The notes under the pieces were generated by a model that did not search any database, was not told where the DNA came from, and saw only the letters and a program-made list of their open reading frames with translations. From NCBI GenBank assembly GCA_023205875.1, contig CP060771.1, forward strand, positions 62,001 through 126,000: a stretch of DNA of 64,000 bases. The letters run 5' to 3'. Positions within the stretch are counted from its first letter, which is position 1. Each line of letters opens with the position of its first letter. Of this stretch, positions 10,737-22,265 are shown piece by piece. Source of the DNA: Chloropicon primus. Taxonomy: Eukaryota. The translations under genes and the position numbers were made by a program.

Positions 10737-12564
10737 ATGGCCTCCTCGTGTCCCTATCATGCCGCGTACAACTTCGTCGCGTCCTCTTTCGTGGGGAGCA
10801 AAGTGCTTGAAGGGTTTGCCCTGGCAAGAGGTTGCTTTCGCCATGGAGTAGCGGAACCAATTGGGAGGTTCTTCGCCTCGGCATCCAAGTCCTCCGGCCT
10901 CCACGTGTCTCAGGTGAGCTTCCTTGCTGGTATATTCCTGAACGTGCCCTTGGCGGCGGCCACGAGGTTTGTGCCCAAGGGAAAGGCGAGGCACGCGTAC
11001 GGCGCGCTCACGACGTTGTCCCTCCTGGCTTTGGCGTACGGAAGGGATGTCCAGCAGTTTGTGTGGGCGGGAGCCTTTGTCTACGGATTGATGAGAATGT
11101 TTCCGACGAGGTGCGGCCACCTGGCGTGGGGGACCGTATTCACCTACCAGATCTACCTGTAAGTGGGACGCCTTGCGATCCGAGCGCTCGCTCGCCGGGG
11201 GTCGGTCTCTCTCTGACGGCGCCTTTTGTTTCTCTCTCTCTCTCTCCCGGGACTCGGGCGCAGGCACTACAAGTTGGGCACTGAGGAGGCTTGGAACGCC
11301 GGGGCCATAGACTTCACGGGGAGCTTCATGATGTTTACGCTCAAGCTGATATCGATTGCGATGGATTACCAGGACGGTCACCGGCACATTCACTTTGGCG
11401 AGAAGCGCACAGCGCACAGCTTCCGCGAGCTGCCCGCGCCGTTGGAGTACTCCGGTTACTTGTTTGGCCTGGGCGGTATTCTCGTCGGGCCTCACTTCTA
11501 CTACGACGAGTACATGAGGTACGCGCACAACGAGGGCGAGTACAAGACCCTGAACACCAAAGATTCCCCTCGCGTGGTCGGCGCGGCGGCGAAAGCGTTC
11601 ATGTCCACTTTCTTCTTCATCGCCGTTTACCTTCAGCTCGGAAAAGTTATAACGGACAGGCCCGCCATCTTGAAACGGGTTGATCCAAACATCAGGGCCT
11701 GGGAGAAGCTTCTCATAGGTTTCGTCGCTAACTTGGAGTACAGAGTCAAGCTCTACTTCACGTGGCACCTGGAGGAGACTGCGCTGATTCTGTCGGGGTT
11801 TGGATTTTCAGGCTGGTCCAAAGAGGTGCGTTTTTGCTTTCTCTCCCCATTACGAGATCGTGACCTGACCTAACCGCCTTCGACGTGATCTTGTTGCGTG
11901 CAGGACAAGGAGACGCCGGTGTGGACCAAGGCCGTCAGCGCTGCCGTGATCGAGTGCGAGGCCCCGCCAAGTTTTGCCGTCGCTGTTGTGAAGTGGAACA
12001 GGCACACCGGGAAGTGGCTCAGGAATTACGTTTACACGAGGATACCTGGTGGTGGGTTGCCAGCACTCATGGTGACTCAGGTCATCGCTGGCATTTGGCA
12101 TGGCCTCTCTCCATCGTTTGTGCTTTTCTTCTCCCACTCCGCGCTCCTCATCTACTGTTCGAGAATATTGTACAGGATACAAATGAGCTACCTGCCCAAG
12201 GAGACGCTGCCATACACGAATTTCGGGCATTCCCTCCTGACGCTGTTCATGCTCAATTACATCGCCGGGTAAGTTCCCACCCCTTTTTTTCACAGTACAC
12301 AACGCCTCCTCCCCCACCTGGAGCTCCGGGCGGCATTCTCTTTTCGCGTGTTGTCTCCTGAACTGACCGCCGCCGATCCCTTGCTCTTGCGTTAGCGGCT
12401 ACAACGCAGTCTCCATGAAGTCTGTCTTGGATTGGTGGAGGTCAGTGGGGTGGTGTGGCCACTACATGATATCCTTCATCTTCGTTCTCGGGTTCATTTT
12501 TCCCAAAAAGAAGAAGAAGAAGGCGAGCACGGAGGAGCACGCCACGAGCAAGAAAGCTATGTAA
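10737..12564 (+). CDS. MBOAT-family lysophospholipid acyltransferase, paralog 2; exons 10737-11158, 11264-11825, 11904-12268, 12396-12564
   Basis: Clearly homologous to paralog 1 (IDFTGSFMM, WNRHTGKWLRNYVY, AGIWHG); three phase-consistent GT-AG introns; ends KKAM. Confidence 0.9.
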
Positions 12565-12721
12565 TCGTAGCACACAACGATGAGCCACCGACCATCATCC
12601 CCCCCCTTTCCAAGTCGCAAGCGAGGGCTTTTTGAAAGAGAAAGAGGAGAACGATCATTCCATCCATCCATATGCCACCCCGCCCTGCTAGGCCTCCATG
12701 CCCTTCATCAGTGATCCTCTT

Positions 12722-12901
12722 CCTCCCTCTTTGTCGGAAGTGAGGACTCTTTGGGATGAGTAAGAGGCAGAGGATGCACTGTGCGTGAGCGTGTCCCTCC
12801 CTCCCTCCCTCCCTCTTTGTCGCAAGTGAGGACTCTTTGGGATGAGTAAGAGGCAGAGGATGCATTGTGAGTGAGCGTGTCCCTCCCTCCCTCCCTCCCT
12901 C
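12722..12901. repeat. Tandem duplication of an 86-bp unit (2 copies) upstream of the kelch gene
   Basis: ctctttgtcg(g/c)aagtgaggactctttgggatgagtaagaggcagaggatgca..gtgagcgtgtccctccctcc repeated with period 86. Confidence 0.92.
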
Positions 12902-13039
12902 CGACTCCTCCCCTCATCGCCATTGCTTCCTTCATCCTCCTTGCTCCTGATCTGCTGATCTTCCCCCTTGGCAGGCAAAGCAGAAGTCTGGAGGAGGCGG
13001 CGCTTTAGAGAGAGAGCGAGAGAGGAGCGGAGTTGCAGG

Positions 13040-14686
13040 ATGGGCAAGGGAAGGGACAAGAAGAAGAAGCTTCAGAAGAAGTCCAACAAGGGCGTCTCGA
13101 AGAAGGCTCACAATCAGACGAAGCGGGAGGAGCTGAATGAGCAAAAACGAGAACGAAGGGAGGAGAGAGCAGCCCAAGGTGGTGAGGATGATATTCATGC
13201 TTTGCTTGCCCAAGTGGCTCTTCACGACAAGAAGGTGAAGCAGACTGAGGAGATTAAGGACGTGGATCCTCCGACCCCGCGATGCAACTGCACCTTCACG
13301 CCTCTGGCGAACCACGTGATGGCAGGAGCGAGTGGGCAGCAGAACTCGAGAGCCAAGTCTGCCAAGCACGAGGTGTTGCTGTATGGCGGAGAGTACTTTG
13401 ATGGGAGGAAGACCTACGTGTATGGGGACTTGTACAAGCTTGACTTGAAGAAGAAGACCTGGACGCAAATTGTTGCCAAGAAGCCTCCGAAACCTCGCAG
13501 TGGGCACCAGAGCTTCGCGTACAAGGGATACTTTTACACGTTTGGCGGGGAGTACACGAGCCCAAACCAGAAGAACTTCAATCATTACAGGGACTTTTGG
13601 AGGCTTGACTTGACGAGCTACGAGTGGGAGAAGCTGGCGATGAAGGGGGCGAGTCCCTCGGCCAGGAGCGGCCACAGGGTTGTGGTGGTGAAGGGGAAGG
13701 CCATCCTTTTCGGCGGGTTCTACGACACGGGGAAGGAGTTGAAGTACTACAACGACTTGTGGGTGTTCGACATGGAGAGCTTGAAGTGGTCGACCCATGG
13801 CCAGCCGGGTCAGCACTGCCCCTCTCCAAGGAGCGGCTTCCAGTTCTTCTGCGACGAAACGGAGGGTCAGTGCGGCAAAGTTTACCTTTACGGAGGCTAC
13901 TCTAAGCAAGTGGACGAGGACGACGAGGAGCACGGCGTCACGCACGATGACATGTGGTGCTTGGATCTCGGCACAATGCTCTGGGAGCGGATCAAGAAGA
14001 ATGGCATATGTCCGACGAAGCGGGCCGGCTCGACGATAGTGACGCACAAAAAGAACGCCGTCGCTTTTGGCGGCGTCGTGGACCACGAGGTGGAGGACAA
14101 CATCTACAGCGAGTTCTTCAACGACATGTTCAACTTCAAGATGGACAAGAGGCGGTGGTTCCCGATGGTCATTCGTAACCCGGGAAGCAAGGGCCCAGGA
14201 ATCATGGGGCAGACCTATGTGGTCAAGAAGGGCAGCGCCGCCCTAACCAAGGAGGAGAAGGCCGCCACGAAAATCCAGGCCCACTTCAGGGGCTACAGCG
14301 TGAGGAAGGCGTACAAAGTTTACCGGGTGGGGGGAAAAGTCGGAGAGCTGCTTTACTCGCCCGCGGTGGTGAAAGCGGGCGGCAAAGTGATTCATCCTCC
14401 CCCTCGGAACAAGGGTTCGTTGGTCGTGCTCGATAACGTCCTTTGGCTCTACGGGGGAACCTTCGAGGAGAAGGACCGGGAGGTCACCTTGGACGATCTC
14501 TGGTCCATTAACTTGAACAAACTCGATGGGTGGACTTGCCACGAGAAGGGAACCTTCGTTCTGTCGGAGCAAGACGCCGATTCGAGCGAAGACGACGACG
14601 ACGACATGGAAATGGACAGCGAGGAGCTTGAAATGATGAGCGACGATGACGACTCATCGTCCTCCTCCTGTATGGGCGACGACTAA
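13040..14686 (+). CDS. KLHDC4: Kelch domain-containing protein 4-like (KLHDC4/Kel3) with an IQ motif
   Basis: Basic N-terminus, EDDIHALL, LYGGEYFDG, PPKPRSGHQ, FGGEYTSPNQ..HYRDFW, LFGGFYDT..YYNDLW, REVTLDDLWSINLNKLDGW, acidic tail. Confidence 0.87.
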   Translation: MGKGRDKKKKLQKKSNKGVSKKAHNQTKREELNEQKRERREERAAQGGEDDIHALLAQVALHDKKVKQTEEIKDVDPPTPRCNCTFTPLANHVMAGASGQQNSRAKSAKHEVLLYGGEYFDGRKTYVYGDLYKLDLKKKTWTQIVAKKPPKPRSGHQSFAYKGYFYTFGGEYTSPNQKNFNHYRDFWRLDLTSYEWEKLAMKGASPSARSGHRVVVVKGKAILFGGFYDTGKELKYYNDLWVFDMESLKWSTHGQPGQHCPSPRSGFQFFCDETEGQCGKVYLYGGYSKQVDEDDEEHGVTHDDMWCLDLGTMLWERIKKNGICPTKRAGSTIVTHKKNAVAFGGVVDHEVEDNIYSEFFNDMFNFKMDKRRWFPMVIRNPGSKGPGIMGQTYVVKKGSAALTKEEKAATKIQAHFRGYSVRKAYKVYRVGGKVGELLYSPAVVKAGGKVIHPPPRNKGSLVVLDNVLWLYGGTFEEKDREVTLDDLWSINLNKLDGWTCHEKGTFVLSEQDADSSEDDDDDMEMDSEELEMMSDDDDSSSSSCMGDD

Positions 14687-15687
14687 GTCTTTCACTAATA
14701 ATATATTGTTTGTCCGTTACTGATGACAGCTGTACTTTCCCATAATCATCATCCAAAGTGATAGAAGACCGCCAACCGGGACCCTTGGCGTGCGTGCGTG
14801 CGCGTGAATCCTTCCTACCGTGATCTTGAGGCGCAGTTGGTCTTGAATCCCTTCCTGCTTCAAATTCCGGGTCCCCGGTCGCCCACTCTGCACATTGCCT
14901 TGCCCCTGAGAGTGCTGGTTTGTGATCCAAAAAGTGGGAGAAAGGGTGTGCGGATCCTCGCTGCTGCACCAAGTGGCGTGGAAGAGAAGTGTTTTGACTC
15001 ACCGGGAGTTGACCCCTCCTCCTCGGTGATCACCTGTGCATTGCCCTTGGCCTGTCATGTGACAAAGTGTGACAAAGTGTGACAAAGTGTCACATAGAGC
15101 TCTTGCTAAACCAAGATTCTCAAGATTGAAGAGATTTTAACTTTGGAAAAGTTGTCCAAAAAAGCAACCACGTCTTGACGTGGTGTTAAGGGCACCACGA
15201 CGTCTTCGGAAAACTCTCGTACTTCAAATGTGAAGTATTGAGTCCCGAGGGAGGAATCAATCCCCCAGGCTGGTGGCCCCAGAGGAGGCCAAAAGCGGTG
15301 GAGACAAGTGGAGGGCAAAGAGAGCAAGAGAAGAGACCTGTTGCACGAGTCTTGCGTGCCAAGATTCCATCTTGGAAGGATCTTGGTCCAGGACATTCCA
15401 TCTTTTCCAACAAACCTTCCAACCAAGTCTTGGCGTTGCCTTGTGCAACCCCAACCCCCATTGTCTTGCTTGTTTCCCGTCCCTTTGACCTCTGGTGGTC
15501 TGAGTTGGCCCTTGGTCCAATACAACGCAGAGGGATTCAAGGGGCTTGGGGCATCAAGGCTGCTGCCAAGGGGTGGAGCACCGGGCAAAGAGGAAGCAGA
15601 GGATGGGCACCACCATTCTTTGAAGAGGTTTCAGGCAGCAGAGAGGGAGAGAGGTAGAGCAAGTTCATAGAGGGACCTCTAGGAAGG

Positions 15688-18503
15688 ATGAGGTTCTCGT
15701 TGTTCAATAAACCGAACAAGGTGCAAGCCATCAACGATGAGGACGTGGGAAGCCCGATGGATGTGGCGAGCAGGGCGGACGAGAGCTTCCCAGATGAAGA
15801 CGAAGGGCAGCAGTTCCCTGGCATGGGAAAGGGTGGTGGAAACAGAAAGAGCCGCTTCGTGCTCAAGTCCTTCTTCAAAGGGGGAAACGCCAAGGAAGGC
15901 CAAGGCAAGAGGGAGAAGACCCCGGAGCTGGCAACCCACCGAATGCTGGGCATCAACACCCTCATCACGGATTCTTTCTACCAGGACAAGGAGGATGAGG
16001 TAAGTGGTAGCAGAGAACTTTGGTTTGTACAAGTTCTTGGTGGAGGTCCGAGAGACAGAGACCTTGTGAACTGACTCTGACTCTGACTCTTGACTGAACG
16101 GCTGGCTCTGTGTGTGTGTGTGTGTCTCTGTGTGTGTGTGTGTGATAGGCGGACGAGTGGCGGAGTCAGATGGACCTCTTTGCGGATGCGTACGAGACGG
16201 AAAGCGTCGCGCAGAGTCGAAATAGTCTCACGCCCGCCGCGGACGACGTCAAGGTCACGAACCAGGGCAGGAAAAAGAAGAGACCGAGTTTCATGGAAGT
16301 GGCCGACAAGAATCAGAGTTACCTGATACGAAGTCTCTTCGGGGAGATGCCCTCCCAACCCAACACTCCGAGGCTTTCGGTCACCGGCAGCAGGAGGAGG
16401 AGCATACCCAAGAGGGTGCAGTCCTTCAACCTGTTCAACTTCAGCTTCAAGGACGCCCGCTTCGGGAACGCAATCCATCCCTTTGGCGCCTTTCGGCAGA
16501 ACTGGGACACAATGTGCATGCTCCTCATCGCGTACACGATGATCCTCCTCCCGGTGAGGTTCGCCTTTTACTGGAACCGCGCGAGCGAGGACTGGGACTG
16601 GTACAAGACGTTCGACACCATCATCGACTTTTTCTTTTGTGCGGACGTGATCTTGAACTTCTACACGGGTTACATCGACGAGAGGCTGGACACGATCATC
16701 CTCAAGAGGGACAAGATCGTCACGCACTACTTGAAGACTACGTTTATCTTGGATCTCCTCGCGAGTTTCCCCTACGAGTTGGTGCAGGGCATCTTCGTCC
16801 TCAACCTCACGGGCGTCCTTCGACTGTGGAGGCTTACCAGGCTGATGCGCCTGCTGAGGCTGCAGAGGATGTTCAGGTACAGCAAGAGAATGGCTTTCCT
16901 GGAAAAGGTTCCCGTGTACATCAAGCGCATGGGAAACATGTTCTGCCTGGTCTTCGTCTTCGCCCACTGGAACGCTTGCTTCCAGTACTTTGTCGCGGAG
17001 CTGACCCACTTCCCCGAGAACTCTTGGGTCACGATAGACGGGATCATCGACGAGACCATCTTCGAAAAGTACTCTTGGTGCCTCTTCCGGGCGTTCTCCC
17101 ACATGCTTTGCATCGGTTACGGTCACACGACCCCGCAGAACGTCTCGGAGGTGTGGGTGGTCCAGATCTCGATGGTCTCCGGGGCTTCGATCTACGCCCT
17201 GTTCGTGGGTATCATCGCGACCCTGATGATCCAGGTGGACGCTTCCACCGCGATTTACAACCAGAAGATCGACACCCTCAAGCAATACGCGCAGCACAGG
17301 AGGCTCCCGAATGAGCTGACCAAGCGCATCCTGAGCTCCTTCAACCTGAGGTGGAAGAAGTACAAGGCGTTTGACGAGGCCGAGGTCTTGGACTGCCTTC
17401 CGGCCTCGATCAAGACGGAGGTGTGCCTCTTCGCGGCCAGGGACTTGGTCAAGTCCCTTCCCTTCTTGCACAACGCGGAGGAGGGTCTGATCCTCATGCT
17501 GGTCAACATGCTCAAGCCGCAGACGTTCATCAAGAAGGAGCTGATCATCAGGGAGGGCGAGGTCGCCAAGGAGATGTACTTCTTGAACGAGGGGACCGTC
17601 CAGGTCGAGAGCAACGGCACGATCATCACCCTCCTGCGCAGGGGAAGTTACTTTGGCGAGATCGGGCTGCTGAGGCAGAGCAAGAGGGTGGCGTCCGTGA
17701 GGGCAAAGTCGAACGTGGACGCGTACGCCCTGACCAAGGAGGATTTCGTGACGCTGATGACGCACTACCCCGACTCCGCGGTTGCCATGGGCAAGATCGC
17801 GGAGCACCGAAAGTACAACTTGGACAAGGCCAAGAGCAGGAAATCGACGATGCCGGGAGCGAACAAGAACAAGTCCTTCCTGGAGAGCGTGGAGGAGTTG
17901 GAGAAGATCTCCATGCAGACGGACAGGTACAAGCGGTCCAGGACGGTGTCCAGGATGAAGGAGTTCCTCGCCAGGAGGAACTCGTTGTACAACATGCCGG
18001 AGGGGGAGATGGCCGACGCCCTGGCGATAAACAAGCTCCAGTCGGAGATGTCCAAGGCGGCTGGGGGAGACTCGGAGGGAGGAAGCGAGAAGAACCTGAG
18101 CCCCGGGGACGGGCCGGCGCGGCAGATGTCCACGGTGATCGAGAGCGAGAGCGAGGGGGTGGTGGCGATGGGTGGTGGTGGTGGTGGTGGTGGTGGTGGT
18201 AGCGCGGTGGGGGATGACGTCCTGCTGGGCGAGAAGGAGCAGATCGACAAGCTCAAGTCAGAGCTGGCGAAGAGGGAGCTGCAGCTGCAGAAGAAGGAGC
18301 TCGAGGTCATCGAGAGGGAGGAAAGAATCGAAGTCAGGGAGAAGAACCTGAGCATGATGGACGACTTGGACGGGCTGACGAGGGACGACGTGAACCTGGA
18401 GGACAACGAGCCCGTCGCGAAGATCGATCCCCCGAGCAGCACCTTTCCGAACATCATCACGACGAGCAACGACAACGACAAGGGGGGCGAGGAGGAAGGT
18501 TGA
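15688..18503 (+). CDS. Cyclic-nucleotide-binding voltage-gated cation channel, HCN-like; exons 15688-15999, 16149-18503
   Basis: IHPFGAFRQNWD S1, Arg-rich S4 LRLWRLTRLMRLLRLQR, pore FSHMLCIGYG, C-linker, CNBD GSYFGEIGLL..RVASVRA. Confidence 0.9.
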
Positions 18504-18859
18504 GAGTTGAGAATAATAATAATGATAATGATAACGATAATGATAATGATAGGAGGAGGTTGATGATGATGAAACAAATATAAAAATACAACGACGACGT
18601 GATGGTCAAGCGTCATCCTCGAGCACGAGTGCCAAGTGCAAGGAGGTCCCGGAAGGAGCTTCGAGCAGCAAGCACGTCACATCCGACGGTGCTCTATCTA
18701 ATTGTTGTTCTCTGCAGTCCTCAAGACGAACGCCAAAACGCCAAACTCAATGCGATGATGTTGGTAACGCCATCACTCCTTCCCTCAGCCCTTGTCCCTC
18801 TCTCTCTCTCTCTGCCGTCGTCCACTCCTAGTCACCCTAGTTGTTACCATCGCACCTGA

Positions 18860-19528
18860 TTAGCAGGAGTTGGCTCTCAGGAAGGTCTCCACGAGGGATC
18901 GGACGCCATCCGGGTTCACGGCGGAGCAAGGGGCGGCCTCGGCCGGCAGTAGGCCCTCCTCCACCTCCACCTCCTCCTCCACCTCCTCCCTGGTGGTGGT
19001 GGTGGTGGTGGTGGTGGCGATGTCCGTCTTGGTGGCCAGGACCAAGATGGGAATCTTTGAAGCTCGCTTGACCTTGCTGAGCTCCAGCTCGGCCACGGGG
19101 AGCCTCATGCGGTCGGTGGAGTCCAGGACAAAGACGAGGGCATCGGCATCGGAGGCGTGGTCCTGCCAGGACTCTCGGAAGGCCCTTCGTCCCGGCACGT
19201 CCTTGATGAGGAGTCTCAAGCCGCAGAGGGTGAGGCAGGTGGATTGGGGTGAGGTGGTGGGTGGCGGGGCGCAGACCACATTGGCATCGTTCTCGTCCTC
19301 GCGTCCTCGCTGGCTCCTCCTCCCTTGCAACGCATGGATCAGGGAGGTCTTCCCCGCATCGTCGAGGCCAAGGAACACGAGCTTGACCTTCTGGCCGGCC
19401 TTCCACAAAGCCGAAGAGCTCGAAGAGGATGGATGATGGTGCTCCTGGTAGTTCTGGCTCTTGGCCGCAGCCGCAGGGTACCGCGGTCCCCTGAAGCAGC
19501 AAAGGAGTCCACCACCACCAGGAGCCAT
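18860..19528 (-). CDS. Divergent ARF-like small GTPase
   Basis: LGLDDAGKTS P-loop, DVPG, LVFVLDSTDRMRL, PILVLATKTD, CSA. Confidence 0.8.
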   Translation of the reverse strand: MAPGGGGLLCCFRGPRYPAAAAKSQNYQEHHHPSSSSSSALWKAGQKVKLVFLGLDDAGKTSLIHALQGRRSQRGREDENDANVVCAPPPTTSPQSTCLTLCGLRLLIKDVPGRRAFRESWQDHASDADALVFVLDSTDRMRLPVAELELSKVKRASKIPILVLATKTDIATTTTTTTTREEVEEEVEVEEGLLPAEAAPCSAVNPDGVRSLVETFLRANSC

Positions 19529-19997
19529 GATGATGAGGAGGAGGAGCAGGAGAAGGATTGGGTTGGTATACGATGAGAGAGGAGAGACGTCGGATCATGA
19601 CGGATCCGACGGAGAAGGGAGGAGGAGGAAGTTCCAGTTTCCTTGTTCTAATCTGTCAAACGATAGCGATAGTATCCTCCTATCCCTTCCTCAACCAGCT
19701 TGTATACTTCAGGCTCGCCTGGGGATCATCACACACTCCTGCTCCTCAAAGAGCAAGGAGGGAGAGGGGGAGAGGGAGGGAGGTGTGGGGGGAGGAGCCT
19801 TCTTCTTCTTCTTCCTTTCTATCTTGTCTTATCGTTTGTTGTGTCTCTTGTTTTATCTTGCATGAGAATATATTCTTTATAATTGATACTTATTAAAAAA
19901 AAAGTTGTTCCCCAGTTTTCTTGTCAACCTTGTCAACCTTGTCAACCCCCGTCGACCCACCCCCTGCCCCCACCCCGTCCGTCGTTCGCCGCGTCGC

Positions 19998-21163
19998 TCA
20001 CGTGTTCAACAGCAGAGTCGTCTGGCTCGAGGAGCTGTTCCCGTTGCTCAGCGACTGGGCCGCGACCGTCTTGGCGTTCCCGGTCTTGGTGTTGGGCTTC
20101 TTGGTGGCCTTGTAGACCGTGGCGATGTGGGTCCTGAGGACCTCCTCCCCGCTCGCCGGCTGGTTGGTGAAGCTCCCGTTCCACTCCTTCTTGAACTTCT
20201 GCACCTCCTTGGACGTGTACCGCACCGCCGTCGGCTTGAGGACGTGCACCTGGACCTGCTGCTGGTCCGGGGGCGGGGCTGCGTCGCTGGCCTGCTGCTG
20301 CTGCATCATCGAGTTCATCATCATCATCATCCCCCCCGGATCCACGGAGGGGAAGCACCCGAGGCCGAACATGCCCGCGGGCGGCGGGAGGAACATGGCC
20401 ATCTGCTGGAGGGGGTTGATCTCCTCCTGGTCCTGGTTCGCCAGGATGCCCACCGGCATGATCCCCATCGGCAGGCTTCCCGCCGAGTTGCTGCTGCTGA
20501 GGTGGTGCTGGCTCTCGGACTTGGGCGACACGCTGGGCTGGACGGACTGGTCGTTCCTCTCCCGGGCGTCCAAGGTCGCCAGGGAGCTGTTGGACCCGTT
20601 GTTCGGCAGCGGGTCGGCCGCCGGGCAGGTGCTCTGCTGCTGGTGCACCGTGTCCAGCGTCGTGTCGAAGAGCGACGTGCGCCTCTTCCTCTTGTTCCCC
20701 GTGCTCGTCTGCCTGATGAAGTACTTTTGCGCGTGGGACGCCACCTGCGTGGGCGTTCGGGTCTGCACGTAGTGCCTCGAGATCCCGCGCCAGTCCCCCT
20801 TGCCCAGGGCGGACAGGCCCATCAGGAACCGCTTGTGCTCCTCCGGGGTCCACGGCACGCCGGCTGATGATGTTGTTGTTGATGATGTGGAGATAGTAGA
20901 GAACAAGGAGGAGGAGAAGAAGGAAGAGGAGGAGTTAGTATCAGTGGTGGTGGAGGAGGAGTTTGATTGATTGGTTGAAGAGAGAGAGAGAGAGAGAGTT
21001 GGGTTTCAGTGAAGCAAGGAGGAGGAGGAGGAGGAGTCCACCGGTAGTGTTGTTTTTGTTGGAGCTCTCTTGGCGCTCTCTTACCTTTCTTCCTCTCCTT
21101 GGCGGGGCTCTTGGCCGCCGGAGCAACGCTCGCGTTGGCGTTGTTCTCCGCAGTGGGAACCAT
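19998..21163 (-). CDS. MYB-related (SHAQKYF class) transcription factor; exons 21163-21085, 20863-19998
   Basis: [63 protein letters not shown]. Confidence 0.92.
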
Positions 21164-22087
21164 GGTGTTGTTCTCGTGCTGCTCTCGGAAAGATACCGTG
21201 GTGGTAATGGTCGTCGTCGTCGTCGTCGTCGTCGTGGATTCAAGCGCGAGCAAAGCAAGGGTGGACGAGCCTCAAGTTCTCGAACCCTCTGCGCTCTGGA
21301 AACGGAACCTCCTAATCGAAGCCCGACAAGTCAACACCGCAAGCCGACGGAACGGAACCAAAGATGCCGAGGACGAGGAAGGACCAGTCGGAAAATACCT
21401 CACGATGCACCTCGACCTTGCTCTCCCTTGTCCCCGTCGTCACGATGGCGTCCGCAGTCGAAACGACGCAAGTGCGGGTTCTTTCGAAAGCTCGTGAGAC
21501 TCGTCGTACGTTCCCGTCGTCTTCGTTATCGTTATCGTCCGCGTTTTTCGTCCCGACGGAAGCAAACACTCGTCGTTTGGTCTCGGTGCGACCGATTGGT
21601 TCCAAGCGCAAGTGGATGACACAGTCCTGACGGCTCGTTCGCGCGCGAGAGCGAATAACAAGGGATTTCTACAAACCCACAAATCAGAATCAGATCTTCA
21701 AAACCGAAACCCAACAAAATATCTGATTTTTTCTTGATCGTTTCTTTTTTTCGGATAGAAAGTAGATTTTACACAGTAATCCAAAAAATTGGAAACGTAC
21801 CGACCGAGGCGTCTTCTTACACTACATCATACATCGTGTACACTCACTTCGCATTCCGAAGAATCGAAGGCGGCGCAAAAGAGGAACCCCATGACATAAC
21901 AGAAGGGCGCGCGCGCGGTCGTCCTCCTCGCTCCTCCGCGAGACGAAACCACCGCCCTCTGACTACAACGCATCCAAGGTAAGCATCCTCTACCACCACT
22001 AAAAAACCATTCCATTCCCTTCCCTTCCCCTTTGCCATTCCATTCCATTCCATTCCATTCCATTCCCTTCCCCATTATTTATGATTT

Positions 22088-22265
22088 GGCAGCTTAGCCT
22101 TGAGCCGAGGTCCTCACTCTACCCGAGCTCTCTAACTTCAGCTGCCCACATTAACACGGTGCGCTCCTTGATCCGAACGTAGGTTCGGACTTGGACCACG
22201 CGCCAGTCGGACAGACAACCGACGGGTTCTGACTCCACGACTGTGCCACCTCATTACCACTGGCA
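22088..22265 (+). ncRNA. Candidate structured intronic RNA (H/ACA-like) within the DNase II 5'UTR intron 21979-22328
   Basis: Hairpin ggcagct/agctgcc, then ACATTA (ANANNA), hairpin ggtgcg..tccgaac-gtag-gttcgga..cgcgcc, then ACA at 22211. Confidence 0.35.

Noticed and set aside
12722..12901. CRISPR-like array or U3 snoRNA
   Set aside because: Only two contiguous copies without spacers; lacks U3 box A and terminal box D
15106..15670. Several overlapping 70-160 aa ORFs upstream of the channel gene
   Set aside because: No codon bias or homology; probably 5' leader or intergenic DNA
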